Shown: positions 13,919 through 26,559 of the stretch, piece by piece
How positions within the stretch are numbered: position 1 is the stretch's first letter
Layout: each line of letters opens with the position of its first letter
NCBI RefSeq assembly: GCF_006345805.1
Contig: NW_021831985.1
Location: forward strand, 263,300-327,299
Length of the DNA stretch: 64,000 nucleotides
Direction: 5' to 3'
DNA from: Octopus sinensis
Taxonomy: Eukaryota
The notes under the pieces: model-generated
Databases searched by the model: none
The model's input: the letters and a program-made list of their open reading frames with translations, nothing else
What the model was told of the DNA's origin: nothing
Program-made: the position numbers and the translations under genes

Positions 13919-15602
13919 TCCAATGGTCAGTTCGTTTTTATGATGTCAAAGCGGTGTGATTCGAGGGAAAGGTGACTGCTGTTTTTAACAAACCCAATGA
14001 CCACATAGAACTGAGATAGAAGAACAAGTAAATTATGATCACAAATGGAATAAAATTCAAAATTTGAAAGTGGTGTTAAACGAGGAGATTTTTGCTATTG
14101 GTGAGCACTTTCTGTCGATATAGTCCTTTAGTTCACAAATGAGGCCTTGTTCATTTTCAGAATATTACCAGATTACGGTTTATACTTTATTGTATTCGCT
14201 TTCTTTTCTCAATTTTTCTCGTAAGTTTATGGTTATGAGAGCGAAGCTCTATTTAATATTAATATGCATTTTATGTCAAGGGAATGTGAACATTTTTGAG
14301 AGTAATTTATTTCTCTTCAAAACAACTGAATGTACAACATTTTTGCAGCATAAAATACAGTAGAGGAATGAATAAAAGTTCTTTTTATTATTTATTTTAC
14401 ATATTAAATCAGCCATAATTTGTTGAAGTTACTGAGAACCAGTTGATAACATGCTATATTTAAAAACTATATTCATACAAAGAAATGCAAATTTCAGAGC
14501 GAATTTCTGCATGGCATCGTTGCTTTCTAGCTCCATAGGCTCAGATCTTGGATTCCTACCATTCCCAAATGACACATGTCTGGAATAAGGGTAACCCCAA
14601 GAGTGTTTCTTTGCTGCTATAATTCACTTGGCTTTATGACAAATTCAGATCACGCCCAAACGCCTTTAGTTCTTACGACCAAGTTCACAATGTACATATT
14701 GCCCAGACAGGCAATGAAATCCTCCCGAGTATGAAATCCTCCCGACCTCGCACCATCTGACTTCCACCTCATTCCAGCCATGAAGTCTTTTTTGAAGGGG
14801 AGCATTTTTCGCAAGATGATGAACTTATTTCCGAGGTAAAGTTTTGTCTCCAGGCGCAACATACTGACTTCTACAGACGAGGTCTTCATAGCTGCATAAA
14901 GCGACGGGAGGAGTGTGTCACCATTGGTGGTGACTATGTAGAGAAGGACTAATAATTATGCTAAGTTTTGTTGGGAAGTCCTTGGGAAGTGGATCAGGGG
15001 AAAACCATGCAGAAATTCGCTCTGCAATTTGCATTTCTTTGTATGAATATAGTTTTTAAATATAATATGTTATCAACTGGTTCTCAGTAGCTTCAACAAA
15101 TTATGGCTGACTTAAAATGTGAAATAAAAAAAAACTTTTATTCATTCTTCTATCATATTTTATGCTGTATAAATGTTATACATTCAGTTGTTTTGAAGAG
15201 AAATATATTATTCTCAAAAAATTTCACACATCCCTTGACATAAAATGCATATTAATATTAAATAGAGCTTCGCTCTCATAACCATAAACTTACGAGAAAA
15301 ATTGAGAAAAGAAAACGTATACAATAAAGTATAAACCGCAATCTGGTAATATTCTGAAAACGAACAAGGCCGCATTTGTGAACTAAATCACTATAAAAAT
15401 ATCGGCAGAAAGTGTTCACCAACAGCAAAAACCTCCTCGTTTAACATCACTTTCAAATTTTCAATTTTATCCCATTTGTGGTAATAATTTACTAGTTCTT
15501 CTAACTCAGTTCTATGTGGTCATTCAGTTTGTTAGAAACAGCAGTCACCTTTCCCTCAAATCACACACCTCTTTGACATCATAAAAACGAACTGACAATG
15601 GA
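13919..15602. repeat. Long inverted repeat, arms about 13919-14512 and 15008-15602
   Basis: Arms are reverse complements over about 595 bp, including a perfect run of about 80 bp (about 14190-14281 vs 15232-15320). Confidence 0.9.
14715..14952 (+). pseudogene. Mariner transposase C-terminal fragment
   Basis: PDLAPSDFHL.PAMKSF..GEHFSQDDELISEVKFCLQAQHTDFYRRGLHSCIKRREECVTIGGDYVEKD* (YSPDLAP.D motif and typical C-terminus). Confidence 0.85.
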
Positions 15603-15662
15603 AAGGACAGAGATCAAAGAAGCTAAGTATGAGTTGGGGGTTATATTTAATCTATTCAGAAA

Positions 15663-16115
15663 TGGCGGCGAGTTGGCAGAAACGCTAGCACGCCGGGCGA
15701 AATGCTTAGCCGTATTTCGTCTGCCGTTACGTTCTGAGTTCAAATTCCGCCGAGGTCGACTTTGCCTTTCATCCTTTCAGGGTCGATAAATTAAGTACCA
15801 GTTACGCACTGGGGTCGATGTAATCGACTTAACACTTTAGCATTTAAACCGGCCATATCTGGCCAAAATAGTTAATCTGTTTTATGTTCAAACTGACCAG
15901 ATCCAGGCTCTCACACCTACCCTACAATGTTATTCTACATTAAGTAATTACACCATCAAGATCTTGAAGATATGAGATAATGCATGATTAATTCAAATCA
16001 ATGTGAATCAATAAGCATTATGTTTGATAGAATAATCTGAACACTAAAGGGTTAATCCGTTTGTCTGTCCTTGTTTGTCCCCTCTGTGTTTAGCCCCTTG
16101 TGGGCAGTAAAGAAA
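15663..16115 (+). mobile_element. S2 SINE interrupted by a piggyBac-like MITE
   Basis: Family match; TSD TATATTTAA(T/C)CTATTCAGAA on both flanks. Confidence 0.85.
15833..16051. mobile_element. piggyBac-like MITE
   Basis: TTAA TSD at 15829-32 and 16052-55; termini C(A/C)CTTTAG...CTAAAGGG. Confidence 0.8.
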
Positions 16116-16479
16116 TATATATTTAACCTATTCAGAATTTGAAGGGTTAGCAGTTACAGTAATTGCCACGCAGTAAAGTGCCCTCTATATTGGTTTCGGA
16201 GAAGATGCTTCTGAGTAGCAGTTTTATTGCTGATCAAATCCTTTCTTTTCAGACAAAATCTGTGGAACATAAAGTGATAATCAGTTTCCTCATATTCAGT
16301 CCATTATGCAAGAAGAAAAAGATTTCTTTCTATATCATGAGCTAACTAAATATTTTTCTTTCAAATGTTCCTATTCATCATGTCTTTGTAGGTGTGCACC
16401 CCGGCGGACAAACTGATGATAGGAGAAAGGCTAACAACACCATCCCTTGAAGCTCACCTGAAAACACACAGGCGTCCAC

Positions 16480-16483
16480 AGAT

Positions 16484-16547
<64 letters not shown>

Positions 16548-16685
16548 ATACATACACACTCACATCTCACATACACATACACACAGACTTATATAGATGC
16601 ACACACACACACACACATACACATACATACACACACTCATATACACATACACAGACTTATATAGATGCACACACACACACACACA
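16480..16685. repeat. (CA)n compound microsatellite with an internal duplication
   Basis: ACACAGACTTATATAGATGCACACACAC occurs twice within the CA tract. Confidence 0.85.
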
Positions 16686-16930
16686 ATGGAGATTCAGGTT
16701 CGAGAGTTCTAGGGTTTCGAGGAGTGTGGAAGCACTTCTTAACCACAATTGTTCGCAAGTCTACTCTGACCTGAAATAGTAGCACCTGTAAGGGTCCTTG
16801 CTATTAGTTAACTAGCGTGTGTGAGGACAATCCATCTGAACTCTGGGATGCAGAAATACTCTTGGCTGGTGTCAAGATTTACAGTAAAACCACCGAAAGT
16901 AAGGAACCCCCGGCTGTTGTTACAAGATTG

Positions 16931-17644
16931 GGATCCTTACCTTTTGATCTACAGATTTAAAAAATAAGTTTTTGTAACTAAACACTTTCATACTTCGGAC
17001 ACTGGTAGAATGTGTCATATAAAACATCTTTTACTCATAGCATTTTTGAGAAAAACTTATATTTATGAAGTTATTTCACGTTAAAGTTGTCCTATTCGGT
17101 AATTTTAACCAATCAATGATGTGTATTCAGCTGCATAAAATTACTGCTGTTGTTTGTCAACAAGAACTTCCGGCGGTGTATATTTCGCTTGTCACTGTTA
17201 TTTATGACAACCCTAACCCTAAAACCTTAACCCTAACCTTAACATTAAAACCCTAACCCTAACACCCAAACCCTAATCCTAAAGCCCTAACCCTAACCCT
17301 AACCCTAAAACCCTAACCCTAACCCTAAAGCCTTAAAGCTAAAACCAGTACAAACGCATGAACGATGTCATAAATAACTGACAAACGAAAAATACACCGC
17401 CGATAGTTGCTGTTGACGAACAACCTCAGTAATTTTATTCAGCTGAATACACGTCATTGTTTGGTTGAAATTACCGAAATAGGACAACCTTAACGTGAAA
17501 TAACTTCGTAAATATAAGTTTTTATCAAAACTGCTAAGAGTAAAAGATGTTTTATATGACACAATTCTACCAGTGTCCGAAGTTTGAAAGTGTTTAGTTA
17601 CAAAAAATTATTTTCTAAATCTGTTGGTCAAAAGGTAAAGATTC
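16931..17644. mobile_element. Non-autonomous DNA transposon with long TIRs (about 280 bp) and a telomeric core; Merlin-like
   Basis: Arms about 16931-17210 and 17365-17644 are inverted; termini GGATCCTTACC / GGTAAAGATTC; 8-bp flanks CAAGATTG / CAACATCG match 6 of 8. Confidence 0.7.
17210..17345 (-). repeat. Interstitial telomeric-type (TTAGGG)n, degenerate
   Basis: CCCTAACCCTAA runs with variants CCTTAA and CCCTAAA. Confidence 0.9.
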
Positions 17645-18918
17645 CAACATCGTTCATGTGATTACTGGCCATCTCGCTTCGGACTGTCACGAACTACAAA
17701 TCACGGAGACTCTGAACAGAGAGCGGCACTTGTGCTGCACAAGTGTTTATCACTACAATCCAATAACGTACACTTGCCTATTTATGGTGACCTCATTTGT
17801 CATCCCATCTACTGAAAGTCCCATGACGATAGAAGAGTGGTGATGTGTACAGACCTAACCAGTTGGAAGCGTACAGTAAATTACAATGCTCGTCTATTAC
17901 CTCTGATTCAAACCACGCTGATCTGCAAAGAGACTGAACAGTCACTTGAGAGGTCACGAACGGAAAATCGGAAAAGCCATTAACAGCGAGGAAACATAAG
18001 GAGACCACAAGTGAAGATGGAGAAATCACAATATATATATACATCCTTCCATCCATACATACATGCACACACACAAACATACACACACACGCACACATAC
18101 ACACACACACACACACACACATTATAAAAGAGGGAATGTATTTCCACGTAGGAAAAAGTTTAGGCAAATTTGTTGTTGAAAATGCACCTAAATTTGAAAA
18201 ACTTGTAATTGTTTAAAATAAATTTATTTACATATATACCAAACTAGTTTCAACAATATTTTTGTTTTATCAATGGTAAAAAATTAGAATTATGAATTAG
18301 AAAAACATCTTTGAAAGTTTCAATGTTAACAAATTAAAATTTTCATAACAGATAAATTTAGAATTATGAATTAGAAAAGCATGTTAAAAAATTTCGATGT
18401 TGACAAATTTAAATGATCATAACAGTCAATGATATTAAAACTGTGCATCAATTTGTTTGAATGTACAAAGCTCATTAGTGTTAGTAGTGATCAAAAAGAA
18501 ATGAATATCATCAAAGTTTCAGTCAAACTGAGGTAAGAGGGAAAAACAAGGGAGAAATGAAGATAGTAAAAAAAAAGGGATTTGGTTTACAATTTCTCTG
18601 ATCCTCTTTCCGTCATGTGTAGGAACTTCCGCTTGTAACGGTGTGTTTTGGAATTCGGTGTATTTATAATTTTTTCCGCGAGCGGATCTGTCTTTTGATT
18701 CGTTAAAGTACTGGTGACGACTTGTTTTTCCGGTGGTCAAATTTGTTTTTCTGCCTGGTTGGCTTCCCTGTGGAGAACGGTCATCAGTCATTCTGGCTGG
18801 TTGATTCTCTTAAGGGTCATTTTGCTGTATTTGCTGAAGTTTTGATTGGTCTAGAGTTAGGTGAAGAATAGAAAATGGAGACAAACGCTCAAGATGTTAT
18901 TAAATCATTTATATCTTC

Positions 18919-19013
18919 ATATCTCCTACACCTGTTTCGATGGATGCATCTAAAATACGTTAGACAGGATGAATAATGGCCAGATATGCATCAATCTCTT
19001 CAGGGAGGATATA
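18919..19013 (-). ncRNA. Type I hammerhead ribozyme, PLE-associated minimal type, complete core
   Basis: Minus strand: (auau-c)cucc CUGAAGA stem II (gau..gaugcau.ucu / agaugcauc.auc) GAAA C-aggu-G UA ggag(auau). Confidence 0.75.
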
Positions 19014-19267
19014 AATAACAGTACTCATCAAATAGTAATTTTAAAAGATAAAGGAAGCCCCAGAAAATGTGACGTATATATATATATATATATGCAACAT
19101 GTGTTTCGATAACCGTATATTTTTTTACTAATATTGCATAATTATTCCTTCGGATTCTTCCAATATATTGTACACTTATATATATAATAATATATATATA
19201 TAATATATATTATATATAATATATATAAAAGTTGAGTTGTGGGGTATCGCACGAGTGGGATTATATA

Positions 19268-20004
19268 AGAAAAAAGGTTTGAAAATGCAATTTAAACGAT
19301 GTTTATTACTTAACCGGTTTCACTCTTTGGTAAAAGATTGTCAAAAGTAACATTAAAAGTATCATTGAATAATATGGGTTCAAAAAGGTTTTTTTACATA
19401 ATTGTCACATTGAATATTATGCATTCCAAAACGTTTTTTACATAATTGTCACATTGGATATTATGAATTCAAAAATGTTTTTTTATACAAAATTGTCACA
19501 TTACATGATAAAATATAGTGTTTGGTAACAGAGAAGTTCAATAGTGTGATGAGGAATATTTGGAAAAATGGCAGAAGAAAAGGATAAAACAAATATATTA
19601 TTGGAAATTTGGTTGCGTTAATTATTGGTTGTCGCAAATTGTCACATTACATGTATATATATACAGCCTTTGGTATATATATACAATCTATTGACAGCAA
19701 AAATTAAAATGGATTTTTTATACATCTCAGAATATTTTAAGTTGAAGGCGAGAATATGTTGTTACTAACCTGTTTGTTTTAGCAGAAAGGTTGAATTGAG
19801 AGAAAAAAGGTTGTACCCAGTGTGGTGTATTATGTAAAAAACTTTTTTGAATGCATAATATTCAATGTGACAATTATGTAAAAAACTTTTTTGAACCCAT
19901 ATTATTCAATGATACTTTTAATGTTACTTTTGACAATCTTTTACCAAAGAGTGAAACCGGTTAAGTAAATAAACATCGTTTAAATTGCATTTTCAAACCT
20001 TTTT

Positions 20005-20010
<6 letters not shown>
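19268..20010. repeat. Inverted repeat with arms of about 175 bp (19268-19440 / 19833-20010) between (TA)n tracts; PLE pLTR-like
   Basis: Near-identical inverted arms, each with a hammerhead-like motif; internal AATTGTCACATTG subrepeats. Confidence 0.85.
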
Positions 20011-20071
<61 letters not shown>

Positions 20072-20084
20072 TTTCATATTTTAT

Positions 20085-20468
20085 CTTTTGCTCGTTTGAA
20101 TCAATAGACTGCGGCCATGCTGGAGCACCACCTTGAAAAAACTTTAGTTTGACTAATCGACCCCAGTACTTCCTTTTTTGTAAGGTTCTTTTCCTGTTGC
20201 CCTCTTATACCGAACCGCTAAGTTACGGGGACAGAAACAAACCAGCATCAGGCGTCAAGCGGTGGTGGGGGACAAACACAGACCAAAAGCTTACACACAT
20301 ACATGCATGCACGCACGCACACATTCACATATACGACGGACGTCTTTCAGTTTCTCTCAAACAAATCCATTCACAAAGCTGTGGCCGACTTGAAGCGAGA
20401 GTAGAAGACAATATGCCCAAGGTGCCACACAGTGGGATTGAACGCGGAACCATGTGGGCGGGAAGGAA
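20085..20468 (-). mobile_element. Diverged S1 SINE whose head is interrupted by the S2 dimer
   Basis: S1 head continues after the insertion at about 20887 (GCTTCTTACCAC). Confidence 0.7.
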
Positions 20469-20474
20469 GTTTCT

Positions 20475-20886
20475 TATTTCTTTATTGTCCACATGGGGCT
20501 GAACATAGAGGAAACAAACAAGGACAAACAAACGGATTAAGTTGATTACATCGACCCCAGCGTGTAACTGGTACTTAATTTATCGACCCCGAAAGGATGA
20601 AAGGCAAAGTCGATCCTGGCGGAATTTGAACTCAGAACGTAGCGGCAGACGAAATACCTATTTCTTTACTACCCACAAGGGGCTAAACACAGAGGGGACA
20701 AACAAGGACAGACACACGGACCAAGTCGATTATATCGACCCCAGTGCGTAACTGGTCCTTAATTTATCGACTCCGAAAAAGATGAAAGGCCAAGTCGCCC
20801 TCGGCGGAATTTGAACTCAGAACGTAACGGCAGACGAAATACCACGAAGCATTTCGCCCGGCGTGCTAACGTTTCTGCCAGCTCGC
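20475..20886 (-). mobile_element. S2 SINE dimer
   Basis: One head and two body+tail units joined at AAAGAAATA|GGTATTTCGTC (about 20658). Confidence 0.85.
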
Positions 20887-21368
20887 AAGCTTCTTACCAC
20901 GAATGAACATTTAATCCATAATCGTGATTTCATTAAAATATATTTTGTCAGACAAACGATTATTGATTTTATGTTTACTAGAGTACCCGGGCCGTCAACA
21001 ATGGCGGCAACTGTTTTATTAAACTTTATGATATTTGCATTTCCATTTGCATAAATGAATATTCGATTTTTTCCAGCTAGAGGTATTGTTAGAAAACATA
21101 TATGACGAAAGTTGCTTAAAGTGAGTATGAGGATATTAATAAAAAAATCCTAAATTAATAGGAGAATAATAAAATTGTATTTATCACTGATAGAAAAGGC
21201 GTGGTCATTTTTCATATACTCTCGTTATTCGATATTATGTTGTTTCCTATAATAAATGCTCTACTTAATTTCACAAATACTGTACATGTATATATATTCA
21301 AAGCTACCAAAATATGGGCACACGATCTTTCAAACATGTAACATACATTTCGAGGGACAATAGGTTAA

Positions 21369-21739
21369 TCTCTCTCTATATAAACGGCAGTTTGTCTGTC
21401 TGCGTGTCTGTGTGTCTGTTAGGTTGTACCCTCACCCTGACCACGGCTTTCAACCGATTCTGATGAAACTTGACACACACATAGCCCAATGTCATAATTC
21501 AAAACTAAAGCAGCGAAAATTTTGAAAAGTTCCCCCAGTTCTGAAAAAAATCGATAAATTCGACATGGGGTCGAGAATCAGAAACACAAACCACAGACTG
21601 TCTAGGGGACGCAACTCGACCTTTTTAACTCTCAAAAAAAATTATGATAATTTTTTTTCCATTTTTGGCTATAACTCTCTAAAAATGCTTTATAGTTATT
21701 TCCCTTACAAACCCGAGCAACGCCGGGTGATACTGCTAG
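21369..21739 (+). mobile_element. Non-autonomous Helitron, body type C
   Basis: A|TCTCTCTCTATATAAA start; same 3' hairpin plus CTAG|T. Confidence 0.75.
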
Positions 21740-21786
21740 TTTTATATAAATGCTGCGCATTTACAATATATTTAACACATTAATGC

Positions 21787-22370
21787 GGTGAGCTGGCCTG
21801 AAACGTCAGCACGCCGGGCGAAATGCTTAGCGGTATTTCGTCTGCCGCTACGTTCTGAGTTCAAATTCCGCCGAGGTCGACTTTGCCTTTCATCCTTTCG
21901 GGGTCAATAAATTAAGTACCAGTTACGCGCTGGGGTCGATATAATCGACTTAATCCGTTTGTCTGTCCATGTTTGTCTCCTCTATGTTTAGCCCCTTGTG
22001 GGTAGTAAAGAAATAGGTATTTCGTCTGCCGCTACGTTCTGAGTTCAAATTCCGCCGAGGTCGACTTTGCCTTTCATCCTTTCGGGGTCAATAAATTAAG
22101 TACCAGTTACGCACTGGGGTCTATATAATCGACTTAATCCGTTTGTCTGTCCTGTTTGTCCCCTCTGTGTTTGGCCCCTAGTGGGTAGTAAAGAAATAGG
22201 TATTTCGTCCGTCTTTACGTTCTGAGTTCAAATTCAGCCGGGGCCGACTTTACCTTTCATCCTTTAGGAGTGAATAAAGTAAAAATCAGTTGAGCATTGG
22301 AGTCGATGTAATCAACTTACCTCCCCCTCCCCCGAAATTGCTGGCCTTGTGCCGAAATTCCGAAACCATT
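21787..22370 (+). mobile_element. S2 SINE trimer
   Basis: Junctions at 22015/22016 and 22198/22199; third unit is older and has a different tail. Confidence 0.85.
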
Positions 22371-22619
22371 ATACACAATATAAATGTTGTAGACACAGTT
22401 ATTTTGAATAAGATTAAAAGTGTTATTCATCTCAAAAATGTTCATACATTCTTGACATAAAAATGTATATAAAATGCAGTCTCATTCTCATGACTCAATT
22501 CACATGTAAAACTCAAGAAAATATATAAACCTCCCCGATCAAACAAAATACATGCCTTAAATGCTAATATTGTAAAAATGTGAATAGATGTCACATTTGT
22601 GTAGCAAAATAACACAAAA

Positions 22620-22870
22620 ACACGGTTGTCAAGCGATGTTGGTGGTGGGGGGGCAAACACAGACACACAAGCACACACACACATATATATACATGTACAT
22701 ATATACGACGGGCTTCTTTCAGTTTCCGTCTACCAAATTCACTCACAAGGCTTTGGTCAACCCGAGGCTTTAGCAGAAGACAACTTGCCCAAGGTGCCAC
22801 GCATTGGGACTGAACCCGGAACCATGTGGTTGGTAAGCAAGCTACTTACCACACAGCCACTCCTACGCCT
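22620..22870 (-). mobile_element. S1 SINE, 3'-truncated
   Basis: Family match. Confidence 0.8.
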
Positions 22871-23484
22871 ATCAAAAAAATAAAACTCATGTTGAGCACC
22901 CGCTTCTAAATTTTCCGTTTTAGCACATTTCTGATAATTATTTACACTTTTCCCTTTGATTTCTACTCGTGGTTGTAGTGTTTGTATAATGATTTCTGGT
23001 AGATTCGCTCGAAGATTTTACCGGCATCCTCTTGCTGCCAACAAAAAGACTGCGATTGCGCAGTGGATTTGAAAAAAATTAAAATGTACAAGCAATGAGT
23101 TACATGCTGGATTGACCTCATTGTTTGTATATTTAATCTAAGGCGTCCCCATTGATGAAAACTTCGCCTCGGTAAATAATAATTTTTATTTACTAAAATA
23201 AGTCAGAAACCATGGTCTGGGAATTAAATTAGATGATAAATGTTTTTATTTTTCATTCCCTTCGAGAATTTATCCCTAATTAGTAGTTTGGACTTTAACT
23301 GTTCTTTCTAGCGTAATGGATTCCTATGGTGGAAACCTTTTAATGTATTTTAATGTTCACTGTATTTTATATGAATAATGTATAGTCTATTGATTAGTTT
23401 TTTTGTACGCTAGGCCACTGGTATTAAAAATTTCTATGATCTTTCTTACCCTGATATCATATATATATATATAATATATATATA

Positions 23485-23515
<31 letters not shown>

Positions 23516-23549
23516 ATATATTATATTACATTATATTATATTATATTAT

Positions 23550-23830
23550 ATAAAATCCGTTCTCGCTGTCTCTGTGTGTGTGTGTCTTCTAGGATCTCTG
23601 GCATCCTCCATCCGATTGCGCTCAATTTGATATGTAGATACCGACGATATCAGGGTGTGTATATGTTTTGAAAAAATTACAAAATCGATTCCAGGTGAGA
23701 ATGCGATCGAAAAAGCCGTAGGCACGAGCATTTGTACGCGCAAGTACATCACCTGTTGCGATCGATACTACGCGTACGCGAGAAAAATGCACGTGCTGTT
23801 TGCGCAAAAAAAAAAACCGGCTGGCTTGAA
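23550..23830 (+). mobile_element. Probable Helitron 5' fragment, CpG-rich
   Basis: TATATATAAAATCCGTTCTCGCTGTCTCTGTGTG start resembles the other Helitron 5' ends; no CTAG end found. Confidence 0.35.
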
Positions 23831-24481
23831 ATAATGCCACAAAATGCAGTATATTTAAGAGACCAAAAAAGTAAGAAGCCAACCTGTACATAACTGCACC
23901 TTCCATTTTTTGTTGTTTTTGTACTGCTTAAAGGCACGTTTCTTTCCTGCAAAGCTTACTGTTTAAATCATGTTTGTGTTCTCTCAGTCAACAGCCTTAT
24001 CATTACTGGTACTTTAAACTCTTCAGTTGCATATTTGTGTGAATAAAATCGTTTTTCGTTGGAATAGAAAAAAAGTCTATCTTCATTTCATCTTGTGCAC
24101 CCAAACTTAGCAAAATTTATGTATTAAAAAGTAAAAGTTCAGAAAAGGATTTAAGAACCAAGTAAGAGAAGAAGGATAGATAAATGAACCTAAGCCAAAA
24201 AAAAAAGGGGGGGAGGGCTTTTATATAATATAGAAACCTCATAATGCTTCTTCCTAGTATAATGTTAAGGTGGTTATGTTAAAACTATTCAACAATGAAC
24301 CTATAATTAAATTCAGATATCATCCGAGTGGGGATACGCATTTTCTATTGAATCAAAGCCAAAGATTAAGGGGTAAAAGAAATATGATGAATATTATTTC
24401 TATATCGGGTAAACTTATTTAAAAAACATTGGAAAAAAATAATATATTATATAAAAATTATCAACATTATGAAAAAAATCT

Positions 24482-24790
<309 letters not shown>

Positions 24791-25427
24791 CAATTATAAA
24801 AAATAAAAATAAATAAATATAAATGCCATATTGTATTATATTATACCATGTTTACTATAGAGAGAAGTTACAAACTCCTTCACAATCTATAGAAATTACA
24901 CAAGTATACATGAGGATATGCAAAATACAATAATATAATATAAGATACAAGAATAAATGAAATAAATTAAAAATGAATAAAAGGAAAAAATATTTGTATC
25001 AAATTTCAGTAAAGGATTTATAAAATGAAAAAAAACAGAAATAAAGGTAAAATTTTTACGTTGCGAATGCCATAAAATGTATTCCGGATATAAAAAGAGA
25101 TAGAAGATAAAAAATAAGGATAAGTCAAGGTATTCATAACGAAAGCTAATTAAAGAAATATATAAAATAAGATAAAGATATCATTGGAAATGGTTTTATA
25201 AAATAATTGTAAGATATATTATAACAGGCACAGATGAGAGTAAAATCATAACACTTCCTAGGGAGTATATAATATACTTAAGGGAGGCGTAAAATCTGGT
25301 AATCCAATGTAAATACACATATTATGACTGATAGGGAAGAAAGTCTTAGAAACGATGGGGAAATAGTGTAATCTAAGTATAGTAGGAATGCAGATTAAAC
25401 AGGTAGGGGTTATAAGAGGGCAATACT

Positions 25428-25826
25428 CTCTTTTTTACTCTCTTTTACTTGTTTCAGTCATTTGACTGCGGCCATGCTGGAGCACCGCCTTTAGTCGAGC
25501 AAATCGACCCCGGGACTTATTCTTTGTAAGCCCAGTACTTATTCTAGCGGTCTCTTTTGCCGACCCGCTAATTAACGGGGACGTAAACACACCAGCATCG
25601 GTTGTCAAGCAATGCTAGGGGGACAAACACAGACACACAAACACACACACACACATACACACATATATATATATACATATATAAGATGGGCTTCTTTCAG
25701 TTTCCGTCTACCAAATCCACTCACAAGGCATTGGTCGGCCCGGGGCTATAGCGGGTTCAGTGGGACTGAACCCGCAACCATGTGGATGGTTAGCAAGCTA
25801 CTTACCACACAGCCATTCCTGCGCCT
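25428..25826 (-). mobile_element. S1 SINE with a small head deletion
   Basis: Family match. Confidence 0.85.
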
Positions 25827-26559
25827 ATACTACGTATAATTCCATACAATAGAGGGTATGTTATGAAAGATATGACACTTCAGATAATTTCTGCCACCAA
25901 ATCAAAGTATGACATGTATACTATTATTTGTTTCTAAATTATTTAAAGGCACGTCGTGGTTTTGTAGGTGGTCGTGGTTTTGGAAGTGGTCGTGTTTTCT
26001 CGTAGTCCGAAACAGGCCGTACGATTCTGCAATTTCTCACTGAACAACTTCCGCAAATTACTTGGTTTTTAGTCGTCAAATGGCTATGCTATACATTAGC
26101 TCACTCCATTCATGAACTCGACGTTGTCTGAACAATGTGCAAGGTATACCACACACGCGTTAGGTGCTGAGGGGATCGCAGGGCAACCGTGAAGTGAAAT
26201 GTTTTGGTCAAGAACAGAACGCACCACTCGGTCTAAGAATTGTAACCACCATGTCGTGATCGTGAGTGCAACACCCTAACCAGCAGTCAATGCATCCTCA
26301 AACATACATGCATAGATACGTACATACATACATGCGTATACACACATACACACTACACCTTACACCACCATATAACACAACACATCACATCACAACACAC
26401 TACCGCGCACACATCAGCACCGACTTCCCAGACCCACATTTTCACACCTACACATACACACACGCACACGTCAAGATCACCAGCCCTCTTCCACACGCAC
26501 ATACAAACTCTCTTATAACACGCACGCGTACCTTCGTTTTGGGATCACCACCACTTTTT

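Noticed and set aside
17650-18020. Possible old LINE (RTE-like) C-terminal remnant; similar doubt at 4640-5050 and 52440-52760
   Set aside because: Similarity too faint to call without a profile search.
21787-22370. Regularly spaced repeats that might suggest a CRISPR-like array
   Set aside because: These are whole SINE units with no unique spacers, in eukaryotic context.
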